Assembly: GCA_963827965.1 (NCBI GenBank)
Contig: CAWHCW010000007.1
Span: forward strand, 43,937-107,936
From: an uncultured Chloroflexia bacterium
GTDB taxonomy: Bacteria > Chloroflexota > Limnocylindria > Limnocylindrales > CSP1-4
Reading direction: 5' to 3'
DNA: 64,000 nucleotides
This document shows, in pieces, positions 1 to 10,890 of this stretch (positions are counted from its first letter, which is position 1; every line of letters begins with the position of its first letter). The position numbers and the translations under genes were made by a program. Below the pieces are notes generated by a model, which was not told where the DNA came from, made no database searches, and saw only the letters and a program-made list of their open reading frames with translations.

Positions 1-53
1 CGCAGCGCGCCTCCCGGGTGGGCGGGCCGCGCGAACACCCGTACGATGCGGGC

Positions 54-700
54 ATGACACCTGCCGACGTCCGCGCCCGGTTCGCGGCCGCTGCCGCACC
101 CGCTGCCGCCGCCGCCCGCGTGGCTGCGCCCGGAACGGCTGCCCGACGGCGTCCCTTTCGAGCGGCCTGCGGCGCCGCCCGATGCCCGGCCCGCCGCCGC
201 CCTCGTCCTCGTCTACCCCGGTCCCGACGGCGAGGCGCACCTCGTCCTGACCGAGCGGGTGGAGTACGGCGACCGACCATCACTCCGGCGAGGTCTCGCT
301 CCCCGGCGGCAAGGCCGATCCCGGCGACGCGGACCGGTCGCGACCGCGCTGCGCGAGGCGGCGGAGGAGGTCGGGCTCGACCCCGACGAGGCGGGCGTCG
401 AGGTGGTCGGCCGCCTCGACGCCCTCTGGATCCCGCCCAGCAACTTCCTCGTGACGCCCGATCGTGGCGCGTGGCCGCGCGCCGGCCGGCGTTCGTGCCG
501 GAGCCCCGGGAGGTGGCCGCCATCCTGGAGGTGCCGGTGGCGGCCTTCCTACCCGACGTCGCGCCCGTCATCGTCGACCCGGACCCGCGCGGCCGCCCGC
601 TCCGCTACGGCGCCTACGTCGTGGAGGGCCGGATCGTGTGGGGCGCGACGGCCGCGATCCTCGGCCAGCTCGGGGCGCGGTGCTGGGCGGCCGGTAGGGC
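54..700 (+). CDS. NUDIX hydrolase (CoA pyrophosphatase/NudL-like), interrupted by several frameshifts
   Basis: NUDIX box GEVSLPGGKADPGDAD...ALREAAEEVGL is split across two frames at about 255-335. The C-terminal YVVEGRIVWGATAAILGQL lies in a third frame. The likely N-terminus MTPADVRARF is at 54. Confidence 0.45.
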
Positions 701-1029
701 TCGCCCGGCGTGCGCACCGCCAGGCGGGCCGATCCCGCCGAGCCCGACCGCGCACGCGCCTGCGCGCCAGCCGTCCCTGCGCAGCCGGCTGTCGGACGCC
801 GGACCCGACGTCGTGCACGAGGTCGACCGCGCAGCAGCGCACACCGCTCGGTGGATCGGCGACGTCGTGCTCGACGGATCCAGGCGAATTCGGTCGAACG
901 GGCTGGACGGCTGCGCCGTCGCGGCGGATGAGCCGTCGTGAGCGGCCGCGGCCTGCCTGACGACCGGCCGCCGCGATGGCCCGCGCAGGCGGCGCCGAGC
1001 CCGGCGACCGGCCTGCCGCGAGCGGCCAG

Positions 1030-1524
1030 CTAGAGCGGCTCGCCCTCGATCGCGGAGCGGGCCGCGTCGGCGGGCGAGGCGGCAAGCTCGCCGTCGGCCA
1101 TCGCGGCCGCGGTCTCGGCGGCCTCCGTCGCGGCATCCCCCGCGCCGATCGCGAGCGCGCGCCCGTCCAGGATCCCGCGCAGGTGGGCGTCGTCCGGGCC
1201 GGAGAGCTCCACGACGATCGCCCGCATCTCGGAGAGCTCCGTCCACGCCGCGTGGGGCACGTCGGCCGGCCAGAGGACCGCCTCGCCGGCCGCGACCCGG
1301 GCCCGCTCGTCGGCGACCCGGACCAGGCCCCCGCCCTCGATGACGATGAACCACGTCGTGTGCGGGTTGGAGTGCAGCTCGACGCTCGCGCGCCGGGCGA
1401 AGGCCAGCTCCGACACGGTCCCGCGGGCGTCGGCGTGGATCACCTGGCCGGCCACGCCCGTCGTCCCGGGCGGGCCGTCGGGGCGCCGGTTGCCGACCCC
1501 GAAGCGGCGGATCTCCATGTCCCC
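1030..1524 (-). CDS. cupin domain protein
   Basis: Intact ORF starting MEIRRFGVGN... with a cupin-like core (HSNPHTTWFIVIEGGGLVRV, AVLWPADVPHAAWT). Confidence 0.5.
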   Translation of the reverse strand, partial: GDMEIRRFGVGNRRPDGPPGTTGVAGQVIHADARGTVSELAFARRASVELHSNPHTTWFIVIEGGGLVRVADERARVAAGEAVLWPADVPHAAWTELSEMRAIVVELSGPDDAHLRGILDGRALAIGAGDAATEAAETAAAMADGELAASPADAARSAIEGEPL

Positions 1525-1558
1525 CTCGGCCCGCCTGCCCTCGCCCCGCCTGCCGGCC

Positions 1559-2006
1559 TCAGCGCCGCCGGCGCTGCGAGCGGGCCGTCCGGGAGGCCCG
1601 CTTGGGGCGGATCGTCGCCTCGGGGTGGGCGAACTTCTGCTTCGAGTAGTAGCGGGCCCGGGCGAGCTGCGTCTCGTACGCGGCAAGGAAGGGCGGGAAG
1701 CGCATGAACCGGATCCAGAGAAGGATGCCGACGCCCACCGGGATGGAGAGGACGACGAAGAGGAAGTCGAAGTGGAAGAGGGCGTAGACGAGGAGCATGA
1801 AGAAGAAGATGACGCCCGCCCAGAGGAGCCACTCGTACAGGTCGAGGTAGACCTGGTGGCGGCGCAGCTGGCGCGAGCGCAGGTTGTACAGGAGGACCGT
1901 CGCGACCATCCCGACCAGCGCGAAGACCCAGATCGCATTGAAGAGATCGGGGAAGTTGGCGTCGTCGAACTTGACGAACAGGTATTCCCAGGGCGGGAGC
2001 GTCACG
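1559..2006 (-). CDS. small integral membrane protein, hypothetical
   Basis: Hydrophobic ORF (LWAGVIFFFMLLVYALFHFDFLFVVLSIPVGVGILLWI) with a basic C-terminal tail. The start is uncertain (a GTG near 2006). Confidence 0.3.
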
Positions 2007-2178
2007 GTCGCGAAGCCTCCTCGGCGGGAAGACGCCCGGTGGGCGCCACGGATCGGTCGGTCGAGTATGCCATGGTCGCGCGCTATACTCGGGCCACGGA
2101 GCGTGAACGCCGCCTCTCCCCGGGCGGCGAGATCGGCGCACGCGGCCCCGGCCGCACTCATACGGAGGTCCCAGCCGG

Positions 2179-3727
2179 GTGCGAGCCCTCCTCTCGGTCG
2201 CCAACCGCCAGGGACTGGCCGGCCTGGCGCGCGACCTCCTGGCCCTCGGCGTCGAGGTCTACGCCACCGACGGCACCCGCGAGCACCTCGCGGCCGACGG
2301 CATCGCCGTCCTCCCGGTGACCGCCCTCACCAGCCGTCCCCCCGCTCCTCGGCGGCATGGTCAAGACGTTCCACCCCGCCGTCTACGCCGGAATCCTCGC
2401 CCGCCGCGACCGCCCCGAGCAGCTGGCCGAGCTGGCCCAGCACCAGATCGGCCTCATCGACCTCGTCGTCGTCAACGTCAAGCCGTTCGCCCCCCAGGTG
2501 GGCGAGCGTCGCGTCCCCCTCGACGAGGCGATCGAGATGATCGACGTGGGCGGCACGGCGCTCCTCTCCGCCGCCGCCCGCAACCACGCCGGGGTCGCGG
2601 CCGTCCCCGGCCCCGCCGCCTACGAGCAGGTCGTGGCCGAGATCCGCGCCCGGGGCAGCGTCTCCGCGGAGCTCCGCCAGCGCCTGGCGGCCGAGGCCTT
2701 CGCGGTGGTGGCCGCCTACCACGCCGAGGTCGCGGCCTACCTGAACCAGGTGACCGGGACGACCTTCCCGCCCCACATCAGCGTCGTCCTGGAGAAGGTC
2801 ACGGACCTGGCCCACGGCGAGAACCCGCACCAGCGGGCCGCCTTCTACCGCGAGACGACCCACCGCGACGGCACGCTGGCCGACGCGAAGCGGCTGCAGG
2901 GCGGCGAGCCCTCGTTCAACGACCTCCTCGACCTCGACGCCGCCTGGCGGATCGCCGCCGACTTCGCAGCCCCGACGGCCGTCGTCGTGCGCCACACCGA
3001 CCCCGTCGGGATCGCCTCGAACCATGCCCTCGCGGGTGCGCTCCGGCACGCCCTCGAGACGGACCCGGCAGCCTCCTTCGGCAGCACGGTCGCCGTCAAT
3101 CGCACCGTCGACGAGGGAACCGCGCGGGCGATCGCGGAGGGCACCTTCGAGGCGCTGGTGGCACCCGGCTACGCCGACGAGGCCCTGCGGATCCTCTCGG
3201 CGCGGCCCGAGCTGGAGGTCCTTGCGGTCCCCCCGAACCCGTCGGACGGCCTCCGCGACTACGGGATCGCCGCCCTCGACTTCAAGCGGGTCGGCGGCGG
3301 GCTCCTGGCGGAGACGCTCGACGGGACGGCCCTCGACCGCGACCAGCTGCGCGTGGTGACGCAGCGGCGCCCGACCCTCGAGGAGCTGACCGACCTGATG
3401 TTCGCCTGGCGGGCTGCCGCCCATGTCCGCTCCAACGCGATCGTCCTGGCCCGGAGCCTCCAGACGGTGGGGATCGGCGGCGGCCAGGTGAGCCGCCAGG
3501 TCGCGGTGGAGATCGCCCTCCGCCGCGCCGGCGACCGGGCGAAGACGGCGGTGATGTCGTCCGACGCCTACTTCCCGTTCCCCGACGTGATCGCCCACGC
3601 GGCGATCGCCGGCGTGACCGCGATCATCCAGCCGGGCGGCTCGCGCCGCGACGAGATGGCGATCGAGGTGGCCGACCGGCACCACCTCGCGATGGTCTTC
3701 ACCGGCCGGCGGCATTTCCGGCACTGA
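2179..3727 (+). CDS. purH: bifunctional AICAR transformylase / IMP cyclohydrolase (one frameshift near 2340)
   Basis: The N-terminal MGS-like domain [33 protein letters not shown] is in frame 1. The remaining 456 aa ([26 protein letters not shown]...AICAR formyltransferase domain) is in frame 2. Confidence 0.85.
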
Positions 3728-3770
3728 GCCGGAGGCTGCGTCCCCCACCCGAGACCCGGAGGACCGACCC

Positions 3771-4754
3771 ATGGAGCGCCTCCTGTCGCTGGAGCTGATC
3801 CGCGTCACCGAAGCCGCCGCGATCGCGTCCGCCCGCCTGATGGGACGCGGCGACACCATGGACGCCGACCGAGTCGCCGTGGAGGCGATGCGGCGGGTCT
3901 TCGACGAGATCCCGATCGACGCCCGGATCGTCATCGGCGAGGGTGAGCGCGACCAGGCCCCGATGCTCTACATCGGCGAGCGCGTGGGCGATCCGTCGAG
4001 CGCCGTGGGCGAGGCGCCCGAGATCGACATCGCGGTGGACCCCCTGGAGGGCACGAACCTGGTCGCCCACGGCCAGGCGGGCTCGATCACGGTCCTCGCG
4101 GCGACCGAGCGGGGCGGGCTCCTGAACGCCCCCGACTGCTACATGGACAAGCTCTGCGTCGGGCCCGTGGTGGCGGGCAAGGTCGACATCACCGCGCCGC
4201 CGGCGGAGAACCTGCGGCGGATCGCCAGCGCCCTGGGGCGCGGCGTCAACGACATCACGGTCGTGATCCTGGAGCGGCCCCGCCACGAGGCCCTGATCGC
4301 CGAGGTCCGCGCGGCGGGCGCCCGGATCAAGCTGATCAGCGACGGCGACCTCTCCGCGGCGATCGCGTGCGCCGTCTCCGGCACCGGCGTCCACGCCGTC
4401 ATGGGGATCGGCGGCGCCCCGGAGGGCGTGATCACCGCGGCCGCCCTGCGCTGCCTCGGCGGCGAGATCCAGGCGCGACTCGTCTTCCGTTCCGACGCCG
4501 AGCGGGAGCGGGCGCAGGGGATGGGCCACGGCGACCCCACGCGCGTCTACCGGACCGACGAGCTGGCCTCGGGCGAGAACGTCGTCTTCGCGGCGACCGG
4601 CGTGACGAAGGGCGACCTCCTGGAGGGCGTCCGCTTCTTCGGCGGCGGCGCGCGGACGCACTCGCTCGTGATGGCCTACCAGACGAAGCAGGTCCGCTTC
4701 GTCGACACCGTCCACATGCTCGACCGCACCCGGCCGCCGGCCGTCCGGCTGTAG
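3771..4754 (+). CDS. glpX: fructose-1,6-bisphosphatase class II (GlpX)
   Basis: Intact 327 aa ORF: [28 protein letters not shown]...DPLEGTN...GGAPEGVI, typical of the GlpX family. Confidence 0.9.
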   Translation: MERLLSLELIRVTEAAAIASARLMGRGDTMDADRVAVEAMRRVFDEIPIDARIVIGEGERDQAPMLYIGERVGDPSSAVGEAPEIDIAVDPLEGTNLVAHGQAGSITVLAATERGGLLNAPDCYMDKLCVGPVVAGKVDITAPPAENLRRIASALGRGVNDITVVILERPRHEALIAEVRAAGARIKLISDGDLSAAIACAVSGTGVHAVMGIGGAPEGVITAAALRCLGGEIQARLVFRSDAERERAQGMGHGDPTRVYRTDELASGENVVFAATGVTKGDLLEGVRFFGGGARTHSLVMAYQTKQVRFVDTVHMLDRTRPPAVRL

Positions 4755-4789
4755 GGGGCGCGGCGCCGGCACGCTCGATCGCGCGGCCG

Positions 4790-5979
4790 TCAGCCGCCCG
4801 AGCCAGGGCGGCGTGGCGGCACCGCCGTGCCGCTGCCGCCCCTGGAGCTCCCGAGGGCGGCCACGTCGACCGCGGCGACGTCGGCGGCGAGGTCGCCGAG
4901 GCGGCGCAGCACCACGCCCAGCCGGGCGGTGGCCCAGGCGGACGGCAGCTTCTTCTGGCCGAACGAGAAGGACCCGAATCCCTGGCGCGCGGAGCGCGGG
5001 ATCACCACCCCGTCGGACGAGACGTTGTAGGCGACGAGGCAGGCCGCCAGCTCGGCGAGGGCGCGGCGGTCCTCGGGCCGGGCGGCGGCGCCACGCCACA
5101 GGACCGGGTAGCGACCGAGGACGTCGAGCACGAGGTACGCGCCGTACCAGGTCGGCGGCCACTTCACCGTCTTGAACTGGAGGCCGTGGCCGAAGAGGTA
5201 CGGCTTCTCGCTGCCCCGCTCCCGCCAGGCGCGCAGCGAGACGCGGGCGACATCGACCAGGCCGGGGCGGACGCTCGGCCTCGGCCAGCCGCGAGAAGGC
5301 GCGCAGGGCCTCGAGGGTGACGAGCGGGCAGAAGTCGGCCCTGCGACCGGGACCGCGGAAGCCGGCCGCGTCGTCCGGGCGGCACGGCCAGGCGCGACCC
5401 TGGGCCGTGTCCACGAGGTCGCCTGCCGCGCGAGCGAGGGCCCGCTCCACGCGCGGGTCCGCGCCCCGCCCGAAGCGCACGAGCACGTCGGCGATCGCGT
5501 GGGTGTCGCAGAGGAGGGCGCCCCAGCGCGGCTCGTCCATCTCCGCGAAGCGTGCCGCAGGTGGCGAAGCGCCCTTCGTCGTCGACGTGCTCGAGCATCG
5601 TGTCGAGCAACCGCCGGATGCGCGCGTCGTCGGCCTCGGCGACCCCCGTGTCGGCGAGCAGGTGGAGCAGGTTGGGCGCGAAGGCGGGCGCGTCGTGCCC
5701 CGAGATCTGTTGCGGCCGCTCCCAGTCGGGCAGGCGGGCGAGGAGCTCGCGGGTGCCCTCGTCGGCCAGGACGGCGTCGTGAGCCGCGCGCACCTCGCGG
5801 TCGCCAGGGGGTCGGTCGAGGAGCTCGACGAGCGCCACCCAGCGCGCGGCCGGCTCGGCGCTCTCGAGCAGCCACGGGAGCGGGTCGGCGGGAAGCATCG
5901 CCCGCCACCCGATGTCGCTCATTGGGGCACCCTCCGGCGTGCGAGCCGCGTTCTGCGGGCCCCGTCCAGCGAGCACCAT
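4790..5979 (-). CDS. conserved hypothetical protein (frameshifted)
   Basis: The N-terminal part is in the 5164-5979 frame. The C-terminal part is in the 4790.. frame (GSEKPYLFGHGLQFKTVKWPPTWYGAYLVLDVLGRY...). No family was recognised. Confidence 0.3.
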
Positions 5980-6036
5980 CGTCGATCGCGGTCCGTCCGG
6001 CCAGAGTCGATCGGCACGACCCCCGGGATCGAGCCG

Positions 6037-6640
6037 TCAGTCCCCGGCGCCTGGCGTCCAGCCGCCCCGGCGGCCGTCCCACGTGGCGATCGCGCGGACC
6101 GCGTCCCGACCCTCGCGCTCCTCGGCCCGGGCGCGGGCCGACGCGACGGTCTCGCCCCAGCCGGGCGGCCGGAGGCCGGGGGCCAGGTCGGCCAGCGGGG
6201 CGAGCACGAAGAGCCGCTCCCGGGCGCTGGCGTGGGGGACCTGCAGCCATTGGACGCCGGGCTTCGCGGGGTCCTCGCTGCGGGCGGCCGGCGGGCGTTC
6301 CACGCGGAGCGCGTGGCGACCGAAGACGAGGAGGTCGAGGTCGAGCTCGCGGGGGCCCCAGCGCTCGCGCGGCCTGGCGCCCGAAGGCACGCTCGATCGC
6401 CTTGAGCGCGAGGAGCAGGGCCAGCGCGCCGGTCTCGGGGTCGGGGCCGGCCGGGACGTCGAGGGCGACGACCGCGTTGCGGAACTCCGGCTGGTCCGTC
6501 ACGCCGACGGGCGCCGTGGCGTAGAGGCGGGAGACGCCGGCGAGGCGGGCGCCGGGCAGGGCCGCCAGGGCGTGGATGCCGGCGGCGAGCGTGCCCGCCG
6601 CGTCGCCGAGGTTCGCGCCCAGGCCGACGTAGGCACGGAC
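6037..6640 (-). CDS. folK: 2-amino-4-hydroxy-6-hydroxymethyldihydropteridine pyrophosphokinase (HPPK), frameshift near 6380
   Basis: The N-terminal VRAYVGLGANLGDAAGTLAAG...ALALLLALKAIERAFGR is in one frame. The C-terminal ELDLDLLVFG...RERLFVLAPLADLAP is in another. Confidence 0.7.
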
Positions 6641-6693
6641 CGCCGCGTCCGCGCCGCGCGCGCTCTCGTGTCGCCATGGCCCGAGAATACGCG

Positions 6694-7810
6694 CGTGGGC
6701 GCCGTCACGGTCCTGGTCCTCCATCCGCCGCTCCCCGCGGGCGCGGGTCCGCTGGCGGCCGCGCTCGACGCCGCCCGGCGGGAGCTGGCGACGCGCCACG
6801 TCGCCGGGTTCGGGGCGGCGGGCGCCGCGGCGGTCGCCCTCGTCGAGGAGGAGCTGGGCCGAGTCGTTCGGCGCCCGCCTGCGTCGCCTCGCGGCGGCGG
6901 CGGGCACGCCCGGGATCGTCGTCCTGGGATCGGGGGCGATGGCGCTGGCGCGCCCGGCCGACTACCGCGCCTTCGTGGCGGCGGCGGCCTCCGATCTCCG
7001 GGGCGCGCTGGCGAACAACCGCTACTCGGCGGACGCGATCGCCGTCGCCGGGGCTGCGGTGCTCCGCGACCTCCCCGATCTCCCCGCCGACAACGCCCTG
7101 CCGCGCTGGCTCGAGGAGGTCGCCGGGTATCGGCTGGACGACCTCCGGCGGCGGCCCCACCTCGGCCTGGACCTGGATTCGCCCGCCGACACGCTGCTCG
7201 CGGGGGGAGCGCTCCCGGCGGCCGCGGCGGGGTCGCCGTTCGCGGCGCGCCTCCACGCCCTCCGGACAGTGCTCGCAGACCGGCGGGCCGAGCTGACCGT
7301 TGCGGGGAGGACGTCGGCCGGCACGTTGGCCGCGCTCGAGCGCCACGCCGCCTGCCGGGTCCGGGCGTTGATCGAGGAGCGCGGGCTTCGAGCCGCCTCG
7401 AGGCTGGCCCTGGGTCGGGACCGCTCGCCGGAGGCGCCGCCCGAATCCGCGCCGGCTGCCCGCGCGGCCGGCCAGCTGTCGCGCCGGCCGCTCGTCCGCC
7501 GGCCTCGGTGCTCGGCCTCCTCCTGGACCGGGACGGCCCCGCGGAGCTCGGACGGCTCCTCGCCCGCCTCGGCGACGCGGCGGTCGTCGACACGCGGGTG
7601 CTCCTGGCCCATCGCCTGGGCGCCGACGAGGAGGCCTGGCCGCCGCCGGAGGACCGGTTCGCCTCGGACCTGCTGCTGCCGGAACGCATCGGCGATGCCT
7701 GGCTGCGGTCGCTGACCGCCGCTGCCGCTGCCGCGCCGATCCCGGTCCTCCTCGGCGGGCACACGCTCGTGGGACCTGGCCTGCGCCTGCTCGTGGAGCG
7801 GACGCGGTGA
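6694..7810 (+). CDS. DUF2064/nucleotidyltransferase-like hypothetical protein (two frameshifts)
   Basis: VTVLVLHPPLPAGAGPLAAALDAARREL... then GIVVLGSGAMALARPADYRAF... then ...AAVVDTRVLLAHRLGADEE... in three frames. The family call is weak. Confidence 0.3.
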
Positions 7811-7826
7811 TCGCGGAGGCCTGCCC

Positions 7827-8987
7827 GTGAGCACGCCGGCCGAGGACGCGATCCGGGCCGAGATTGCCCGCCGGGGGCCGATCCCGTTCGCGGATTTCAT
7901 GGCCCTGGCCCTGGGGCACGCCGAGGGGGGCTACTACACGGCGGCGGCGGCCCGGCCGACCCGCGGCGGCGACTTCCTGACGGCGCCCGAGCTGCACCCG
8001 GTCTTCGGGGCCGCGCTCGCCCGCCAGGTCGCCGAGGCCTGGGAGCGCCTCGGCCGGCCCGCCCCGTTCACGCTGATCGAGTACGGCGCGGGGGCCGGAA
8101 CGCTGGCGCTGGCGATCCTCGCCGGTCTCCGCGACGACGGCTCGCCGCTCGCCGGAGCCCTCGTCCACGCCCCGGTCGAGCTCAATCGCCACCGGCTGGG
8201 CGAGCTTCGCACGCGTGCCGCCGCGGCTGGCCTGCCCGTCGTCGACCCGGCCGGGCTCGACACGGCCCCGACCGCCGGCGCCGTCCTCGCCAACGAGTTC
8301 CTCGACGCGCTCCCGGTCCACCTCCTCGAGGTCCGCGACGGCCGAGCGCTGGAGGTCCGCGTGACCCTCGAGGCCGATGGATCGTTCGGCGAGACGCTGG
8401 AGGAGCCCGCGGACCCCGCGCTGCGCGATCGGCTGGAGAGCCTGGCCGGGGAGGGGATCGCCCTCGTCGAGGGCCAGCGGCTCGAAGTCCGGCCGGCCGT
8501 GGCGGCGTGGGCGCGGGAGGTGAGCCGGAGGCTCGCGGCGGGCCTCGTGCTCGTGCTCGACTACGGCGCACCGGCCGCCGACCTGTACGGGCCGCGCCGG
8601 CGGGCCGGCACGCTGATGACCTACCGGGGGCACGCGGCCGAGGGTGATCCCGGCGCCCCGTACCGCGACGTCGGGGAGCGGGACATCACGGCCCACGTCG
8701 ACACCACCGCCCTCGCCGCCGCCCTCGTGGACGCCGGCCTCGCCCTCCTGGGGGAGACCTCCCAGGCCGAGCTGCTCGTCGGCTGCGGACTCGAGGAGCT
8801 GGTCCAGCGGCGCCAGGCGGCGGCCGCGCGGGCGTCCGAGGCGCTGGAGCTGCGGAGCGCGGTCATCCGCCTGCTCGACCCGCGCCACCTCGGTGGCTTC
8901 CGGGCGGTGCTGGCCGGGCGCGGGATCGCCGCCGAGCCGCCCCTGCGCGGGCTGTCGTACCGCGGGCCGGGGGCGCGCCCGCGGTAG
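7827..8987 (+). CDS. DUF185/MidA-family SAM-dependent methyltransferase (NDUFAF7 homolog)
   Basis: Intact 386 aa ORF: [18 protein letters not shown]...[19 protein letters not shown]...[12 protein letters not shown], characteristic of COG1565/MidA. It sits directly upstream of nuoA on the same strand. Confidence 0.8.
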   Translation: MSTPAEDAIRAEIARRGPIPFADFMALALGHAEGGYYTAAAARPTRGGDFLTAPELHPVFGAALARQVAEAWERLGRPAPFTLIEYGAGAGTLALAILAGLRDDGSPLAGALVHAPVELNRHRLGELRTRAAAAGLPVVDPAGLDTAPTAGAVLANEFLDALPVHLLEVRDGRALEVRVTLEADGSFGETLEEPADPALRDRLESLAGEGIALVEGQRLEVRPAVAAWAREVSRRLAAGLVLVLDYGAPAADLYGPRRRAGTLMTYRGHAAEGDPGAPYRDVGERDITAHVDTTALAAALVDAGLALLGETSQAELLVGCGLEELVQRRQAAAARASEALELRSAVIRLLDPRHLGGFRAVLAGRGIAAEPPLRGLSYRGPGARPR

Positions 8988-9244
8988 CCCGACGCAGGTT
9001 CGGGAGAGGAGCCGCTGCCGCTGCGGCGCCGTGCCGCCTGGCGTGCCGCCGCCGCTCCGTGTCGCCTGGCGTGCCGCCCCGCCACCCCCCCGCCGCGGCG
9101 GCACACAGCCCGCCAGCATCCCCTGCTACGATGCCGCTGCACGTCCGGGCCTCCGGCTGCGTGTGCGCGCGTCTCACCCGAGCTTCCCGCCGGGCCGGCG
9201 GACCGATCACCAAATTCGTGGTCCACCGGCCGCAGAGAGGTGCG

Positions 9245-9601
9245 ATGGAAGGCATCTGGTACGTCGTCGGCTTCGCCTTCGTGGGCGTCGCCTTCGTCTT
9301 CGTCGTGATCGGCGCCTCGTGGCTCATCAGCCACCGCACGAAGGGCAGTCCCCTCAAGGGCCTCCCGTACGAGAGCGGCATCCCGACGTACGGCGACACC
9401 CACGGGCGGTTCGGCGTCTCGTACTACATCTACGCGCTGCTCTTCGTCGCCTTCGACATCGAGGTGATCTTCATCTTCCTGTGGGCGCTGGTCGTGCGCG
9501 ACCCGATCCCCGGGCTGATCTCCTCCATGGGGATCTTCGTCCTCGTCCTCCTCCTGGGCCTGGCCTACGCCTGGCGCAAGGGCGTGTTGACGTGGCGCTG
9601 A
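9245..9601 (+). CDS. nuoA: NADH-quinone oxidoreductase subunit A
   Basis: [29 protein letters not shown]...[11 protein letters not shown]...[22 protein letters not shown]. Confidence 0.9.
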   Translation: MEGIWYVVGFAFVGVAFVFVVIGASWLISHRTKGSPLKGLPYESGIPTYGDTHGRFGVSYYIYALLFVAFDIEVIFIFLWALVVRDPIPGLISSMGIFVLVLLLGLAYAWRKGVLTWR

Positions 9602-10326
9602 CCCGCCCGCCCGCCGGCGGCCCGCCCGCCGGCGCGCCCGGCAGCCGCCTGCCCGTCCCGGCCACGAAGGCCGAGGACGAGGTCGCCGAGGCGATCGTGG
9701 TCCCGAACGTGCTCTGGACGCCCGTCGATGACGAGGCCTACGGGGGCGTTCCCCTCGCCGAGACGCCGACCCTCGTTCTCAAGAAGTACGACGAGTCCGG
9801 CGAGGGACGCCGCAACGACGCCCGCTGGGGCGGCCTGGACGTGATCCCCACCAAGGCGGACTACGTCCTGGACCTGATCCGCCTCAACAGCCTCTGGCCG
9901 CTCCTCTCGGGGCTGGCCTGCTGCGCGTTCGAGATGATGTCCGGCGCCACGAGCAAGAACGACATGGACCGCTGGGGCATGTTCCCCTTCCGGGCCTCGC
10001 CGCGCCAGGCGGACGTCCTCATCGTGGCCGGCACGCTCACGACGAAGATGGCCGAGCCGCTCATCCGCCTCTGGGAGGAGATGCCCGAGCCGAAGTGGGT
10101 CGTCGCGATGGGCGACTGCACCTGCTCCGGGGGCCGCTACAAGCGGAGCTACAGCACGATCCAGGGGATCGACCGGGTCATGCCCGTCGACGTCTACGTC
10201 CCGGGCTGCCCGCCCCGCCCGGAGGGCCTCATCTACGCGATGATGAAGCTCCAGCACCTGGTGCGGGACCGCCGCGGCCACTGGCCGGAGCGCAACATCG
10301 GACCCACCGTCCCGGAGGGGATCTGA
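9592..10326 (+). CDS. nuoB: NADH-quinone oxidoreductase subunit B
   Basis: [12 protein letters not shown]...[13 protein letters not shown]...[12 protein letters not shown]...[10 protein letters not shown], the N2 cluster motifs. The GTG start overlaps the nuoA stop. Confidence 0.9.
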   Translation: MALTRPPAGGPPAGAPGSRLPVPATKAEDEVAEAIVVPNVLWTPVDDEAYGGVPLAETPTLVLKKYDESGEGRRNDARWGGLDVIPTKADYVLDLIRLNSLWPLLSGLACCAFEMMSGATSKNDMDRWGMFPFRASPRQADVLIVAGTLTTKMAEPLIRLWEEMPEPKWVVAMGDCTCSGGRYKRSYSTIQGIDRVMPVDVYVPGCPPRPEGLIYAMMKLQHLVRDRRGHWPERNIGPTVPEGI

Positions 10327-10328
10327 CC

Positions 10329-10880
10329 GTGGACCGCGCCTTCAAGGCACTCCTGGAGCGGAAGCTGGGCTCCGCGGTGGAGGGTCCGGTCCGCCAGCGC
10401 CACGACCAGACCGAGATCCGGATCCGGCCCGGCGACCTGCCGCAGGTGATGCGGACGCTGCACGACGAGCCGGACCTGCGCTTCGAGTACCTGGCCGACC
10501 TGTGCGGCGTGGACACGGGGACCACGTTCCAGGTGGTCTACCACCTCTGGAGCGACGTGACCCCCGACTGGCTGCGGGTCATCGTCGACGGGATCCCCCG
10601 CGACGAGCCGCGCCTCCCGTCGCTCACCTTCCTCTGGAAGGGCGCCGAGTGGATGGAGCGCGAGGCCTACGACATGTTCGGCCTCGTCTTCGAGGGGAAC
10701 CGCGACCTCCGCCGCATCTACCTGCCCGACGACTTCGTGAGCTTCCCGCTGCGCAAGGATTTCCACCTGGCCGACGACGTCGCGCGCTCGCCGGGCGGCG
10801 GGCTCCGGCCGATGGAGCGCGCCGGTCCTCCGCAGGACGCCGACGAGACCACGCTCCGGCGCACGTCGCCGGGGGCGTAG
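10329..10880 (+). CDS. nuoC: NADH-quinone oxidoreductase subunit C
   Basis: LCGVDTGTTFQVVYHLWS...FLWKGAEWMEREAYDMFGLVFEGNRDLRRIYLPDDF. Confidence 0.85.
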   Translation: MDRAFKALLERKLGSAVEGPVRQRHDQTEIRIRPGDLPQVMRTLHDEPDLRFEYLADLCGVDTGTTFQVVYHLWSDVTPDWLRVIVDGIPRDEPRLPSLTFLWKGAEWMEREAYDMFGLVFEGNRDLRRIYLPDDFVSFPLRKDFHLADDVARSPGGGLRPMERAGPPQDADETTLRRTSPGA

Positions 10881-10890
10881 GCGAGACGAC

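Noticed and set aside
976-1707. 243 aa plus-strand ORF overlapping the cupin gene
   Set aside because: No motifs; antisense to a well-formed cupin ORF.
6499-7764. 421 aa Pro/Arg/Ala-rich ORF on the minus strand
   Set aside because: Compositionally biased with no motifs. It overlaps the plus-strand DUF2064-like gene and the end of folK, so it is a GC-frame artefact.
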